64,000 bases of DNA. Origin: Acidobacteria bacterium UBA823 (GTDB lineage: Bacteria > Acidobacteriota > Vicinamibacteria > Vicinamibacterales > UBA823). A model generated the notes under the pieces. The model worked only from the letters and a program-made list of their open reading frames with translations, did no database searches and was not told the origin of the DNA. The translations under genes were made by a program, and so were the position numbers. Numbering within the stretch: the first letter of the stretch is position 1; each line of letters starts with the position of its first letter. Below are positions 27,672 through 38,064 of the stretch, piece after piece. The stretch lies in contig DBHR01000116.1 of NCBI GenBank assembly GCA_002296225.1, forward strand, positions 25,981 through 89,980. The letters run 5' to 3'.

Positions 27672-30497
27672 TTAGGTGCAATGGCCGTTCGCCAGGCCCA
27701 CCATCTCGACGCAGCGACCGCAGATAGGGCCTTCGCGATTTGGCTGGTTGGCCACCGAAGGCACGTAGCGCCAGCAACGCTCGCATTTGATTCCGTCGGC
27801 ACGGTCGACCTCAATCGCGAGCATCTCACCCGCGACCGGCCCGTCAGCCGTAGGTGGCGCTTGCCCGGACTCGACTTGCGTCTGCGCGATGAACAGGGTC
27901 GGCAGCTCATCCCGATACCGTTCGAGCAGATTGAGCGTATCACCCCTTGCCTGAAGTCGAACGCACGCTTCAAGGGAGGTGCCGACCGTCTTTTTCTTGC
28001 GCAGAACTTCGATCCTGGCGTTTACCGCTTCGCGAATCTTGATCAGACGCTCCCAGCGTTGCACGAGCTCGGCGTCGATGAGCTCGTCGAGCCCGGACGG
28101 AAAGTCGGCAAGATGTACAGAGATGTCGCGGGAGCCGGGTAGCACCTTCCAGACTTCGTCGGCCGTGACGGGCAATATCGGGGCGATCAATCGCGCCAAG
28201 CCATCGGCCATCCGGAAGATTGCAGTTTGGGCGGACCGGCGGGCAGGGTGTGCCGCTGCGAACGTGTACAGACGGTCCTTCGCGACGTCGATATAAAGCG
28301 CGCTCAGGTCGACAGTCAGAAATCCGTTGAGTGTATGAAAGATCGTCTGAAAATCGTACCCGTTGTAGGCCGAAACGACCCGCTTGGCCATGTCGGCATA
28401 GCGCGCGAGCTCAAACCGGTCGAACTCTTCCAGTCGGTTGGTTGGCACAGTGTCCGACTCTGGATGGAAGTCATGCAGGTTAGCTACGAGAATCCGTAGC
28501 GTGTTGCGGATCTTGCGGTAAGCTTCGACGACTCGCGCGAGAATTTCCTTTCCAATTCTCACGTCTTCCCGATAGTCGACCATCGAGACCCACAGTCGTA
28601 GGATCTCCGCTCCGCTTTCTTCGATGATGGCCTGTGGAGCGATGTCGTTGCCCAGAGACTTCGACATTTTACGGCCTGCTTCATCGACGACGAATCCATG
28701 TGTAATCACCTGACGGTACGGTGCCTGGCCCCGCGTACCCAGTCCGACTAGGAGTGAACTGTGAAACCAGCCTCGGTACTGGTCGCTTCCCTCAAGGTAG
28801 ATCTCGGCCGGCCACCCGAGCTGCCGGTCGTCGAGGACGGCCTCATGACTCGAGCCAGAGTCAAACCAGACATCCAGAATGTCTCGCTCACGTTCGAAGT
28901 CCGCGCCGCCGCATTTGGCACATGTTTGCTCTGGCGGAACGAATTCTGACAAGTCGCGTTCATACCAGGCATCAGCACCATGGGTTTCGAATACTTTGGC
29001 GGCGCGATCGGTCAGCGCCTTTGTCAGTACGGCTTCACCGCACTTCGTACAATAGACGGCAGGAATCGGTACCCCCCAGGATCGCTGACGGGAGATGCAC
29101 CAGTCGGGGCGGTATGCCAGCATGTTGTGGATCCGCTCTTGACCCCAAGTAGGAAACCACTGGACCTCTTGGATAGCGTCCAGTGCGCGTTGTCGGAGTT
29201 CTACCGTCTCCATCCCGATGAACCACTGGGATGTTGCCAGGAAGATGACGGGGTGTCGGCAGCGCCAGCAATGAGGATAGCTGTGTTCCAGTTGAGATCG
29301 GTGCCATAACCTTCCGGAGTCGGCCAGAGCGTCTTCGATCTTCGGGTTTGCGTCGAAGACACGCATACCGGCGAACGTCTCAACCGTATCGTCGAATTGT
29401 CCACCGGAGTCGACCGGGGCGTACGTTTCGAGACCATACTTCACCCCGGTGGTGAAGTCGTCGGCGCCGTGACCCGGCGCCGTGTGTACGATTCCCGTTC
29501 CTTGCTCTAGCGTCACGTAATTCCCTAGAACCCCGACCGATGGTCGGTCATAGAGCGGATGCTGGAAACTGAGACCCTCGAGCTCACACCCTTTTACGAC
29601 GGCGAGACGGTCGGTCAGGTGTCGCCCGATGTCGGTCGCTATGCGATCCGATATCGCATCGGCGACGATGACCGTGTTACAGGTGCTGTTGGCATCAGTG
29701 GAGTAGAAGCCGTAGTCGAGGTCGGGATGAAATGCGACCGCCAGATTCGACGGGATGGTCCAGGGCGTTGTCGTCCAGATGAGGGCAGATACAGAGCGCC
29801 CTGCAAGGGCCGGCAGTTTGGCGGCGAGTTCCGCAGCGGCCTCCTGCGCCATCGGGAACTCCACGTAGATCGACGGCGAGGTATGCAGCTCATATTCGAC
29901 TTCGGCTTCTGCTAGTGCGGTCTGGCAGTGGGTACACCAGTGGACCGGCTTCTTGCCTCGGTAGACCATGTCCTGCTCAACGAATCTACCCAGCGCTCGG
30001 ACGATCGCGGCCTGGTAGCGAAAGGCCATCGTCAAGTAGGGTTTCGACCACGCTCCGAGGACGCCGAGGCGCCTAAAGTCCTCACGTTGCACGTCGACGT
30101 ACGTCTCAGCGTAAACGCGACACGCCCGTCGGAGCTCGGAGGTAGTCATGTCGTGTTTCTTGGGGCCTAGCTCTCGCTCCACCATGAGTTCAATCGGGAG
30201 TCCGTGACAATCCCAGCCGGGCACGTAGGGGCTGTCGAACCCGGCCATCGTTTTTGCCCGTACGACGAAGTCCTTTAGAATCTTGTTAAGGGCCGTGCCG
30301 ATGTGGATGCGGCCATTAGCGTACGGTGGGCCGTCATGTAGCACGCATTTCGGCGCGCCAGTGCGGCGTGCCCGGATTCGTTCATAGAGTCCTATTTCGT
30401 CCCAGCGTGAAATGGCTCCGGGCTCGGCCTTCTGCAGGCTCGCTTTCATCGGGAACTCGGTCCGCGGGAGGTTGAGAGTAGACTTCCAGTTGGCCAT
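27672..30497 (-). CDS. ileS: Isoleucine--tRNA ligase
   Basis: PPYANGRIHIGTAL (HIGH), KMSKS, and a C-terminal CxxC...CxxC zinc knuckle. The family N-terminus MANWKSTLNLPRTEFPM sets the start at 30497. The upstream 127 codons of the track ORF are spurious. Confidence 0.95.
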   Translation of the reverse strand: MANWKSTLNLPRTEFPMKASLQKAEPGAISRWDEIGLYERIRARRTGAPKCVLHDGPPYANGRIHIGTALNKILKDFVVRAKTMAGFDSPYVPGWDCHGLPIELMVERELGPKKHDMTTSELRRACRVYAETYVDVQREDFRRLGVLGAWSKPYLTMAFRYQAAIVRALGRFVEQDMVYRGKKPVHWCTHCQTALAEAEVEYELHTSPSIYVEFPMAQEAAAELAAKLPALAGRSVSALIWTTTPWTIPSNLAVAFHPDLDYGFYSTDANSTCNTVIVADAISDRIATDIGRHLTDRLAVVKGCELEGLSFQHPLYDRPSVGVLGNYVTLEQGTGIVHTAPGHGADDFTTGVKYGLETYAPVDSGGQFDDTVETFAGMRVFDANPKIEDALADSGRLWHRSQLEHSYPHCWRCRHPVIFLATSQWFIGMETVELRQRALDAIQEVQWFPTWGQERIHNMLAYRPDWCISRQRSWGVPIPAVYCTKCGEAVLTKALTDRAAKVFETHGADAWYERDLSEFVPPEQTCAKCGGADFERERDILDVWFDSGSSHEAVLDDRQLGWPAEIYLEGSDQYRGWFHSSLLVGLGTRGQAPYRQVITHGFVVDEAGRKMSKSLGNDIAPQAIIEESGAEILRLWVSMVDYREDVRIGKEILARVVEAYRKIRNTLRILVANLHDFHPESDTVPTNRLEEFDRFELARYADMAKRVVSAYNGYDFQTIFHTLNGFLTVDLSALYIDVAKDRLYTFAAAHPARRSAQTAIFRMADGLARLIAPILPVTADEVWKVLPGSRDISVHLADFPSGLDELIDAELVQRWERLIKIREAVNARIEVLRKKKTVGTSLEACVRLQARGDTLNLLERYRDELPTLFIAQTQVESGQAPPTADGPVAGEMLAIEVDRADGIKCERCWRYVPSVANQPNREGPICGRCVEMVGLANGHCT

Positions 30498-30642
30498 GAG
30501 GCGTTGTCTGCTACTTGGGTTCGGTTCGTGCTGCCGCAAGAAGTGGCTGGCGGATGCGCCGCACACTTGAGGATTGTAGTGCAATTCAACGACCCGACAC
30601 CGGACCGATGTCTGGTCAAGAGCGGATTTGTGTGATCGCTTC

Positions 30643-31998
30643 ATGATCTCTATGCGTGATAAGGCACCCGTGCCGACCGTCCGCTCAACGGTGCTCGATA
30701 ACGGACTGACCGTGCTGGTACAGGAGCAACATGCTGCGCCACTGGCCTCGGTCTGGTGCTGGTATCGCGTTGGTTCGAAGGACGAACTCCCCGGTTCGAC
30801 CGGCATCTCGCACTGGGTGGAGCATATGAATTTCAAGGGAACGACCAACATCCCTCGAGACCAGGTCAAAGGGATCATCGAGCGGCACGGTGGGTCTTGG
30901 AACGGCTACACGTGGATCGACCAAACCACCTACATGGAGACCGCAGCTAGTCATGCCCTAGACCGCATGCTCTTCATCGAATCGGAACGGATGTCGAACT
31001 GCCTGTACGAACCGGCTGAGTGTGAGTCGGAGCGTACCGTGATCATTTCTGAACTCCAGGGTGGTGAAAATGATCCCGAGCAATTGCTGGATGTTGAGGT
31101 CACGGCGACGGCGTTCAAGGCGCATCCGTATCGGCATCCGACTATCGGCTGGATCGGCGATCTGCAAAGGATGAGCCGGGACGATCTCTATACCTACTAC
31201 AAACGTTTCTATGTGCCGAACAACGCCACGCTCGTCATCGTGGGCGACATACTGGCGGACGACGCGTTCCGCCTGGCCGAGCAGCGATTTGGGGCGATTC
31301 CAAGCGTGTCACTTGGCGATCGGACGCGGACGCAAGAACCAGTCCAGACGGGTGAGCGCCGCCTGACGCTTACGCGAGAGGGCTCCATGGCGTATTGCAA
31401 GATGGCATATCACGCGCCGGCCGTCGATGATTCTGACTTCGCGCCGATGCTGTTGCTCGATGCCGTTCTAACGGGTGCGAAAGGTGTGAATCTCTGGTCG
31501 AGCTTTGAAGGACAAGCGCCGCAGCGCACCGCGCGCCTGTATCGTGCGTTGGTTGACGGCGGCCTGGCCTCGAGTGTCGAAGGGACGCTGCTGCCGACAC
31601 AAGATCCGTTCCTCTACACGGTGTCGGTGGAGGCCACGGCTGGTACGGCCCTCTCGTCAGTCGAGGCAGAGGCGCTTAGCGTGCTCGATCGCATACGAAC
31701 GGACGGAGTCACCGAAACCGAGTTGGAGCGGGCTAAACGGCAATTCCGGGCGCGGTTGGTTTTTGAGACCGACAGCGTCACCAATATCGCCCACCAACTT
31801 GGCTATTTCACCACGGTGGCCACCCTTGACCTCTATCACGACCTACCTCGACGGGTCGCAGTGGCGACGGTTGAGCAGGTAGGTGAAGTTGCACGCCGTT
31901 ATCTCGTGCCAAGCAACCGGACGATTGGGTGGTTCCAACCCTTGAATCATGAGGGCGAGCATTCGCCGCTCGTGGTTTCGGGGTTAAGGCGAAGATAA
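30643..31998 (+). CDS. M16-family zinc peptidase (active subunit)
   Basis: HxxEH motif (SHWVEHMNFKGT). The track start at 30628 is TTG. ATG at 30643 or 30652 is more likely. Confidence 0.85.
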   Translation: MISMRDKAPVPTVRSTVLDNGLTVLVQEQHAAPLASVWCWYRVGSKDELPGSTGISHWVEHMNFKGTTNIPRDQVKGIIERHGGSWNGYTWIDQTTYMETAASHALDRMLFIESERMSNCLYEPAECESERTVIISELQGGENDPEQLLDVEVTATAFKAHPYRHPTIGWIGDLQRMSRDDLYTYYKRFYVPNNATLVIVGDILADDAFRLAEQRFGAIPSVSLGDRTRTQEPVQTGERRLTLTREGSMAYCKMAYHAPAVDDSDFAPMLLLDAVLTGAKGVNLWSSFEGQAPQRTARLYRALVDGGLASSVEGTLLPTQDPFLYTVSVEATAGTALSSVEAEALSVLDRIRTDGVTETELERAKRQFRARLVFETDSVTNIAHQLGYFTTVATLDLYHDLPRRVAVATVEQVGEVARRYLVPSNRTIGWFQPLNHEGEHSPLVVSGLRRR

Positions 31999-32000
31999 CC

Positions 32001-33287
32001 ATGTCGAAAAACGGGCTAACACCGGTCCGTACGGCGCTGCCTAACGGCGTCGTTGTGCTGGTGCAGTCCACCAAGACCCAGCCGGCGGTAGCGATCAACT
32101 TTGCGATGGTGTCCGGTAGTGTCTGCGACTCGGCGGATCACATCGGGATAGCGAATTTCGTTGCGCACGTCATCGACCGAGGTACATCCTCCCGCTCTGC
32201 GGAGGCTCTGGCCGAGGCGTTCGACAACCGAGGTCTCTCGTTCGCCGTGCGGGCGTCGAGACACCGCATGATTCTGGCGTGCAACTGTCTCACCGATGAC
32301 TTTGAGATGGTCTTGGAACTGGTCGCCGATATCGCGCAACATCCGAGTTTTCCAGACCGAGAAGTTGGCAAGCGTCGAGTCGAGATCGAAACGGCCATCC
32401 GACGCGACGCGGACAGTTCAGCCGAGGCAGCCGACGATCTTGTTAGGGCGCTGATCTATGGGGAGTTGCATCCGTACGGGCGACGCGTCAGCGGCACGTT
32501 GGACTCGCTTGGTCGAATCGATCGAACAGCGCTCATCGACTTCCATCGAATCCGATGTGTGCCGAAGGGTGCGACGCTGACCATTGCCGGGGACGTCAAC
32601 CCTTCGGCTGTGACCGATACCGTGAGTCGCCTGTTTGGTGACTGGTCGGCGGATCCGCCAGTGCCTGTGTCGTTGCCGCCCGTGCCCGAGGCCAACGGCC
32701 GCCGACGTGCTGTCCGGCAGCTGCCCGGAAAGGTGCAGGCCGACATCGCCTACGGGTTTACTGGGGTTGCCAGATCCGACCCTCGGTACCATGGCTTCAG
32801 GATCATGAACAACGTGCTGGGGCAGTTTGGGCTTGGTGGTCGTTTGGGCAACACGATCCGCGAGCGTCAGGGGATGGCGTACTACGTCTTCAGCGGGCTT
32901 GAGGCGAACATCGGTCCAGGTCCGCTGATCGTCCGCGCAGGCGTCAGCCCCGCCAATGTAGACCGAGCGATCGCCTCGATTGACGACGAGGTCGGTAAGA
33001 TGGGTGCTGATGGAGTGACCGACCAAGAATTGACCGACGCCAAGCAGTTTTTGGTCGGCTCGATCCCGCGGATGCTCGAGACGAACGCGATGATCGCGAC
33101 ATTCCTACAGAACTCGGAACAGTTTGACCTGGGCATGGACTACGACGCGCGGCTCCCCGGATTGTTCGAGGCCGTCACGCTCGACGATGTTTGCGACGCT
33201 GCCGAAAGTCTCTTGGCGCCTGACCGTGCTTCAATTGCCATTGCCGGCCCAATCGACGAGGATGTTGAAGGCGCTGTCTCCCCATGA
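32001..33287 (+). CDS. M16-family peptidase-like protein (no HxxEH, probably the non-catalytic partner)
   Basis: Same fold pattern as the upstream gene, but the motif position reads NFVAHVIDRGT. It starts 2 nt after the upstream stop. Confidence 0.8.
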   Translation: MSKNGLTPVRTALPNGVVVLVQSTKTQPAVAINFAMVSGSVCDSADHIGIANFVAHVIDRGTSSRSAEALAEAFDNRGLSFAVRASRHRMILACNCLTDDFEMVLELVADIAQHPSFPDREVGKRRVEIETAIRRDADSSAEAADDLVRALIYGELHPYGRRVSGTLDSLGRIDRTALIDFHRIRCVPKGATLTIAGDVNPSAVTDTVSRLFGDWSADPPVPVSLPPVPEANGRRRAVRQLPGKVQADIAYGFTGVARSDPRYHGFRIMNNVLGQFGLGGRLGNTIRERQGMAYYVFSGLEANIGPGPLIVRAGVSPANVDRAIASIDDEVGKMGADGVTDQELTDAKQFLVGSIPRMLETNAMIATFLQNSEQFDLGMDYDARLPGLFEAVTLDDVCDAAESLLAPDRASIAIAGPIDEDVEGAVSP

Positions 33288-34114
33288 TGCTGAGCCGATC
33301 CCTCCGGTTTCGCGATCTCCAGACGTTGGACGAACTGCGGCGTGTGGTTGAGCTCGAGAAAATTGTCTGGGAGTACACCGATGGGGAAGACGTAGTGCCG
33401 GTGCCGATTCTGGCGATAACCGTCAAGCGTGGAGGGATTCTGATAGGCGCGTTCGATGGGTCTGACGCGATCGTGGGATTTGTCTATTCCTTGCCGGGAC
33501 TGAAGTCCGGCTGTTTGATTCAGTGGTCGCATATGCTCGGCGTGGTCGCCGCCTACCGCAACGCCGGCCTTGGCCGATCACTCAAGCTCGAGCAGCGGCA
33601 GCGCGCGCTCGCGATGGGCATCGAAGTCATCGAGTGGACGTTCGATCCAATGCAGGCGCTGAATGCGCACCTCAACCTGACGAAGCTGGGCGCTGTTGTA
33701 GTCGAGTACGAGAAAAATATTTACGGTGAATCCAGCAGCCCGCTCCACCGCGGCACCCCGACGGACCGTTTTGTAGCAGTGTGGAACTTGAAATCGTCAC
33801 GCGTAGCGGCGCGGCTCGCTGGGGGCCCCGGCGACGTGCCCCAGCTTGGTGAAATACCGTTGATAAACGAGACCCGTGTTGCTAACTCTTGGCTGACCTG
33901 CGGGGCATGGAACTCGAAGCTTGAGGATGCTCGCCTGCGGGTTGAAATTCCGTTCGATTTTGGGAAGATGCAGCGCTCATCACCTGATGTGGCGAGCGAC
34001 TGGCGGACGGCCAGCCGGGACATTTTTTTGACCTACATGGCCCGCGGCTATCGGGTGGTGGAGTTTGCCTTAGACCACACGGCCGGCCGTGGCTGGTATG
34101 TACTAGAGCGGTAA
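33284..34114 (+). CDS. GNAT-fold acetyltransferase-like protein (resembles COG3375-type predicted acetyltransferases)
   Basis: HMLGVVAAYRNAGLGRSLKLEQR resembles a GNAT acetyl-CoA binding segment. ATGA overlap with the upstream M16 gene. The family assignment is from memory and is not verified. Confidence 0.5.
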   Translation: MMLSRSLRFRDLQTLDELRRVVELEKIVWEYTDGEDVVPVPILAITVKRGGILIGAFDGSDAIVGFVYSLPGLKSGCLIQWSHMLGVVAAYRNAGLGRSLKLEQRQRALAMGIEVIEWTFDPMQALNAHLNLTKLGAVVVEYEKNIYGESSSPLHRGTPTDRFVAVWNLKSSRVAARLAGGPGDVPQLGEIPLINETRVANSWLTCGAWNSKLEDARLRVEIPFDFGKMQRSSPDVASDWRTASRDIFLTYMARGYRVVEFALDHTAGRGWYVLER

Positions 34115-34135
34115 CAGCCTAGGGAGTTTCGATGC

Positions 34136-34480
34136 CTATCCTGGCGGCCACGCGAGTGTGCGTCCGCCGAGCAGGTGCAGGTGGATGTGAAAAACGGTCT
34201 GGCCCGCTTCACGATTGCAATTGAAGACCGTACGATATCCAGCCTCGGCGATACCGCGCTCCTTGGCAAGTGCCGCGGCGCGCCAGACCATCTCGCCGAC
34301 GAGTCCGTGATCCTCAGGCGCGAGGTCGTTGAGGGTTGCCACGTGTCGGCGCGGCACGATCAGGATGTGCGTCGGCGCCCGTGGGCTGATGTCCTCGAAC
34401 GCCACGAGGCGATCATCCTCGTACAAGATTGTTGTTGGTAGTTTGCCTGCAACGATACGGCAGAACAGGCATTCGCTCAT
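34136..34480 (-). CDS. HIT-family (histidine triad) nucleotide hydrolase/transferase
   Basis: CLFCRIV N-terminus and the HIHLHLLGG triad motif. Confidence 0.88.
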   Translation of the reverse strand: MSECLFCRIVAGKLPTTILYEDDRLVAFEDISPRAPTHILIVPRRHVATLNDLAPEDHGLVGEMVWRAAALAKERGIAEAGYRTVFNCNREAGQTVFHIHLHLLGGRTLAWPPG

Positions 34481-35337
34481 CGGCTATCCCGGTATGCTGC
34501 CACTCCAATGCGAGGCAGCCCTTGTAAATCTCGGACGACTTTCGGGTCGGAGAGGCCGCTCATTGCAATGATCTGCCTAAATGCCGTTTCCTGATTGCAT
34601 CCGAACTCCACTACGAGTAGGCCATCGTCAACGAGTGCCACGCCAGCCTCCGCCACGAGCGCGCGTAGCGGCACCGCGCCGTCGCTGCCGCCATTCAGTG
34701 CGAGGTGCGGCTCGTGATCTCGGATCTCAGGCTCTAGGTGTTGAATCGCGAGGGCCGAGACGTAGGGCGGGTTTGACACGATGAGGTCAACGGGCCCGGA
34801 GAATCCAGCCAACAGGCTGCCGTGTCGCCAATCGATATGTTCGGCGACGCCGTGGCGGGTGGCGTTCGCCCGCGCCACCTCCAGCGCTGCTTGAGAGGTG
34901 TCCGTGGCGATGACCGTCATGGCTGGCAGTTCGATGGCCAGCGCGACGGCGATACAGCCTGACCCGGTACCCACGTCAACGAGGGTGCCGCTTTTCGACC
35001 GGTCGGGTCTGAGGGTAAGGACAGTTTCGATAAGAAACTCTGTTTCGGGTCTGGGAATTAGGACGTCCGGTGTTACGCGGAATTCCAGTCCCCAAAATTC
35101 GCGTTGGCCCGTCAAGTGGGCCAATGGTTCTCGCTGCGCGCGGCGCGCGACCAAAGCTTCGTATCGCGCGTCGAATCTCCGATCGACGTCGCGGTGGCGT
35201 TCGGTGAAATAGGTTGCGCGGTCCCAACCGAGAAGGTGGCGGGCGAGTACTTCCGCGTCGAGTCCAGCTTCCCCGGGACGGATGCCAGACTCAATCAGAC
35301 GTGCGCGTGCGGTGTACACCCTAGAGGAGATACTCAT
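34477..35337 (-). CDS. prmC: Release factor glutamine N5-methyltransferase
   Basis: [13 protein letters not shown] motif and NPPY. It is immediately downstream of prfA with a 4-nt overlap. Confidence 0.9.
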   Translation of the reverse strand: MSISSRVYTARARLIESGIRPGEAGLDAEVLARHLLGWDRATYFTERHRDVDRRFDARYEALVARRAQREPLAHLTGQREFWGLEFRVTPDVLIPRPETEFLIETVLTLRPDRSKSGTLVDVGTGSGCIAVALAIELPAMTVIATDTSQAALEVARANATRHGVAEHIDWRHGSLLAGFSGPVDLIVSNPPYVSALAIQHLEPEIRDHEPHLALNGGSDGAVPLRALVAEAGVALVDDGLLVVEFGCNQETAFRQIIAMSGLSDPKVVRDLQGLPRIGVAAYRDSR

Positions 35338-36434
35338 GGTTCTGAGGATATCTCCTGGGCGTGTTTGAGTTTCTCGGACTGGAAGTGGGTCACGACCTGC
35401 TCGATTAACTCCGTTAGATTTCCGTTCAACACATCGGCAAGCCGATGCGTCGTGAAATTAATCCGATGATCCGTGATCCGGTTTTGCGGGAAGTTGTATG
35501 TGCGGATCTTTTCTGAGCGTTCTCCAGTGCCAACCTGAGTGCGACGATCTTGGGCGATGGCCTCTTGTTGTTTTTGCAGCTCAAGTTCGTAGAGCCTGGA
35601 GCGAAGCACTTTCATCGCCTTCGCTTTATTCTTGATCTGTGACTTCTCGTCCTGCTGCGACACTACGATGCCAGTCGGCAGGTGTGTCACTCGCACGGCT
35701 GAGTAAGTTGTGTTGACACTTTGCCCGCCCGGGCCGCTCGAGCAGAACGTGTCGATACGCAGTTCCTTGGGATCGATTTGAATATCGACGTCCTCGGCTT
35801 CTGGAAGCACCGCGACGGTCGCTGTTGATGTGTGAATCCGGCCGCTAGTTTCGGTTGTGGGCACACGCTGCACGCGGTGCACGCCGCTTTCATACCTCAG
35901 CTGACTGTAGACGCGCTGTCCTTCAATGATCGCGATGACCTCCTTCAAGCCACCTACGCCAGTTTCGTTGATGGACATGACGTCGATGTGCCAGCCTTGG
36001 CTCTCGGCGAACCGGCTGTACATCCGGAAAAGATTAGCGCCGAAGATCCCGGCTTCGTCTCCGCCCGTTCCAGCTCGAATTTCCAAGATCACGTTTTTCT
36101 CATCGTTCGGGTCCTTGGGAACAAGGAGCGCTTTGATGTCGGCGAGCAAGGTTTCCTGACTTGAGCGCAGGAGGCGAAGCTCTTGCGCCGCCAGATCACG
36201 CATCTCGCCCTCGCCTGTGTCTACGAGTTCCTGTGCCTGACCGATTTCGGTCAACACACCCTTGTACTTACGAACTTTCTCGACAATCGGCTCAATGTCG
36301 GCGAGCGCCTTGGCGTGTTTGCGGTACTCCGCGGGATCAGATTCACCGCTTAAATCGCTGATGCGCCGCATCAGTTCGTCGTACCGATCTTCGACCGCAT
36401 TCAACTTGTCAAACATAGCCGGGTCCAGTGTCAC
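35334..36434 (-). CDS. prfA: Peptide chain release factor 1
   Basis: GGQSVN (GGQ), a P-x-T type recognition loop ([14 protein letters not shown]), and a GTG start inside the GTGA overlap with moaD. Confidence 0.94.
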   Translation of the reverse strand: MTLDPAMFDKLNAVEDRYDELMRRISDLSGESDPAEYRKHAKALADIEPIVEKVRKYKGVLTEIGQAQELVDTGEGEMRDLAAQELRLLRSSQETLLADIKALLVPKDPNDEKNVILEIRAGTGGDEAGIFGANLFRMYSRFAESQGWHIDVMSINETGVGGLKEVIAIIEGQRVYSQLRYESGVHRVQRVPTTETSGRIHTSTATVAVLPEAEDVDIQIDPKELRIDTFCSSGPGGQSVNTTYSAVRVTHLPTGIVVSQQDEKSQIKNKAKAMKVLRSRLYELELQKQQEAIAQDRRTQVGTGERSEKIRTYNFPQNRITDHRINFTTHRLADVLNGNLTELIEQVVTHFQSEKLKHAQEISSEP

Positions 36435-36688
36435 AAAAGAAGTTGTCCGCCCGACACTGGGGGCAGGAAGGCGACCTCATCGCCGTCGTGTAGCATGGTT
36501 TCCATTTTCGCGTATTCTGTGTTGACTGCCGCCGACAGCGAGCCCGCGTAGGCGCTGGCATCGGGAAACTCCACCACTAGTTCGTCCCACAGTTGTCGTA
36601 CAGTGGCGCCAGTCGGTATGTCACGATCCAGTTCGGCTGCGCCGACAATGTCTCGCAGGCGGGCGAATACGCGGATGTTCACACGCAT
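36431..36688 (-). CDS. moaD: MoaD/ThiS-family sulfur-carrier protein with a 4-residue extension after the Gly-Gly
   Basis: [14 protein letters not shown] matches the MoaD C-terminus but is followed by QLLL before the stop. Confidence 0.8.
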   Translation of the reverse strand: MRVNIRVFARLRDIVGAAELDRDIPTGATVRQLWDELVVEFPDASAYAGSLSAAVNTEYAKMETMLHDGDEVAFLPPVSGGQLLL

Positions 36689-37176
36689 GTTCGTCGGTAT
36701 GCATCCTCGCGCGCTGTCGCGTCATCCGGGTCGGCCGTGGCGCCCTCGATCCAGACGTCGCCGCCCTCGAAGAACTCTCGTTTCCAGATCGGTGCGATCT
36801 GCTTCACTCGTTCGATGGCGTATCGACAGGCCGCGAATGCATCCGCACGGTGTGGCGACGCCGTGACGATTGCCACGCTGGCCTCACCGATGGCCAGGAC
36901 GCCGATGCGATGGTGCAGTGCGAGCTGGGTTGCCGGCCATCGCTCGACAACTTCGCTGGTAATTCGTTCGAAGGCGTGCATTGCTAGTGGTTCGTAAGCC
37001 TCATATTCCAGTTTCATCACTCGGTGACCGAGGTTGCGCTCACGCACTAGGCCTAGAAACGAGGCGACCGCACCGATGCCCTCGGATTCGCCATTCTTGG
37101 TGGCTTCGGAGAGGCAGTGGATCAGCGCATCGAGCTCGAGCCGCTTTGTCGTAACGGCAAGTCGCTGGAAGCTCAT
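36679..37176 (-). CDS. moaE: Molybdopterin synthase catalytic subunit
   Basis: FLGLVRERNLGHRVMKLEYEAYEPLA, HRIGVLAIGEASVAIVTASPHR and APIWKREFF. Start trimmed to the ATG at 37176. Confidence 0.85.
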   Translation of the reverse strand: MSFQRLAVTTKRLELDALIHCLSEATKNGESEGIGAVASFLGLVRERNLGHRVMKLEYEAYEPLAMHAFERITSEVVERWPATQLALHHRIGVLAIGEASVAIVTASPHRADAFAACRYAIERVKQIAPIWKREFFEGGDVWIEGATADPDDATAREDAYRRTCV

Positions 37177-37265
37177 CAGCCAAAGTATAGCAGTCGAGAA
37201 ACTCAGATCGTTCGTCAGAGATTCGTTCGGCTCAGCTGCTGGTACGAGATCGTATAGTCGAAACG

Positions 37266-38048
37266 TTACTGCTGCCAGAAATGATCGAGTGGGCCGTGCC
37301 CGCGTCCCAACGGCAGGCCGTGGCGGATGGCTTCGGCGACGTAGTGTTTGGCGGCTGCGATGGCGTCCGGCGTGGGATGCCCTCGCGCCAGATTGGCTGC
37401 CACGGCTGCGGCAAATGTGCATCCTGTGCCGTGAGTTTGCCGGGACGGGAGGCGTGGGCCACGTAGCTCTACATAGTTGTCACCGTCGTACACCAGGTCG
37501 ACCGCGTCAGCCGTCGGGAGATGTCCACCTTTAATCACGACTGTTCCGGGCCCGAGATCGTGGATTCGCCGAGCCGCTTCTCGGGCCGCATCAAGCGAGT
37601 CGATCGAAACCTTGGCCAACACCTCCGCTTCCATGGCGTTCGGCGTTACGACGGTAGCGCGAGGGAGAAGCGTTCGACGCACGGTGTCGACGGCCTCTTT
37701 GGCCAGCAATCGGGAACCGCTCTTTGCGACCATTACGGGGTCTACCACAACGTAAGGCGTGGGCAACGACGGCAGCAGTGCCGCGACCGCTTCTACGATG
37801 GCAGACGTTGCCAGCATGCCAGTCTTGACGGCATCCACGCCAATGTCATCAGCGATGGCCGTAACCTGCGCAACGATCAGATCCACGGAGAGGTTCTCTG
37901 ACGCCTCGACACCGAGAGTATTCTGAGCAGTGACGGCCGTGATTGCGCACGTGCCGTAGACACCGTGGGCGGCAAAGGTCTTCAGGTCAGCTTGGATACC
38001 GGCGCCGCCACACGAATCACTGCCCGCAATTGTCAGAGCTGTCTTCAT
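37266..38048 (-). CDS. thiD: Hydroxymethylpyrimidine/phosphomethylpyrimidine kinase
   Basis: [22 protein letters not shown]-terminus; [11 protein letters not shown]. Confidence 0.9.
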   Translation of the reverse strand: MKTALTIAGSDSCGGAGIQADLKTFAAHGVYGTCAITAVTAQNTLGVEASENLSVDLIVAQVTAIADDIGVDAVKTGMLATSAIVEAVAALLPSLPTPYVVVDPVMVAKSGSRLLAKEAVDTVRRTLLPRATVVTPNAMEAEVLAKVSIDSLDAAREAARRIHDLGPGTVVIKGGHLPTADAVDLVYDGDNYVELRGPRLPSRQTHGTGCTFAAAVAANLARGHPTPDAIAAAKHYVAEAIRHGLPLGRGHGPLDHFWQQ

Positions 38049-38064
38049 CGGCTAAGATCTCCCC

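Noticed and set aside
30498-30878. N-terminal extensions of track ORFs: ileS to 30878, lgt to 27277, moaE to 37422, TPR gene to 17118, fdhE-like to 41368, Fe-S carrier from 41368, exbD from 14627
   Set aside because: The track reports the longest ATG/GTG/TTG-initiated frame. The family N-termini, SD sequences and overlaps with neighbouring genes all point to internal starts. The extensions have non-protein-like composition.
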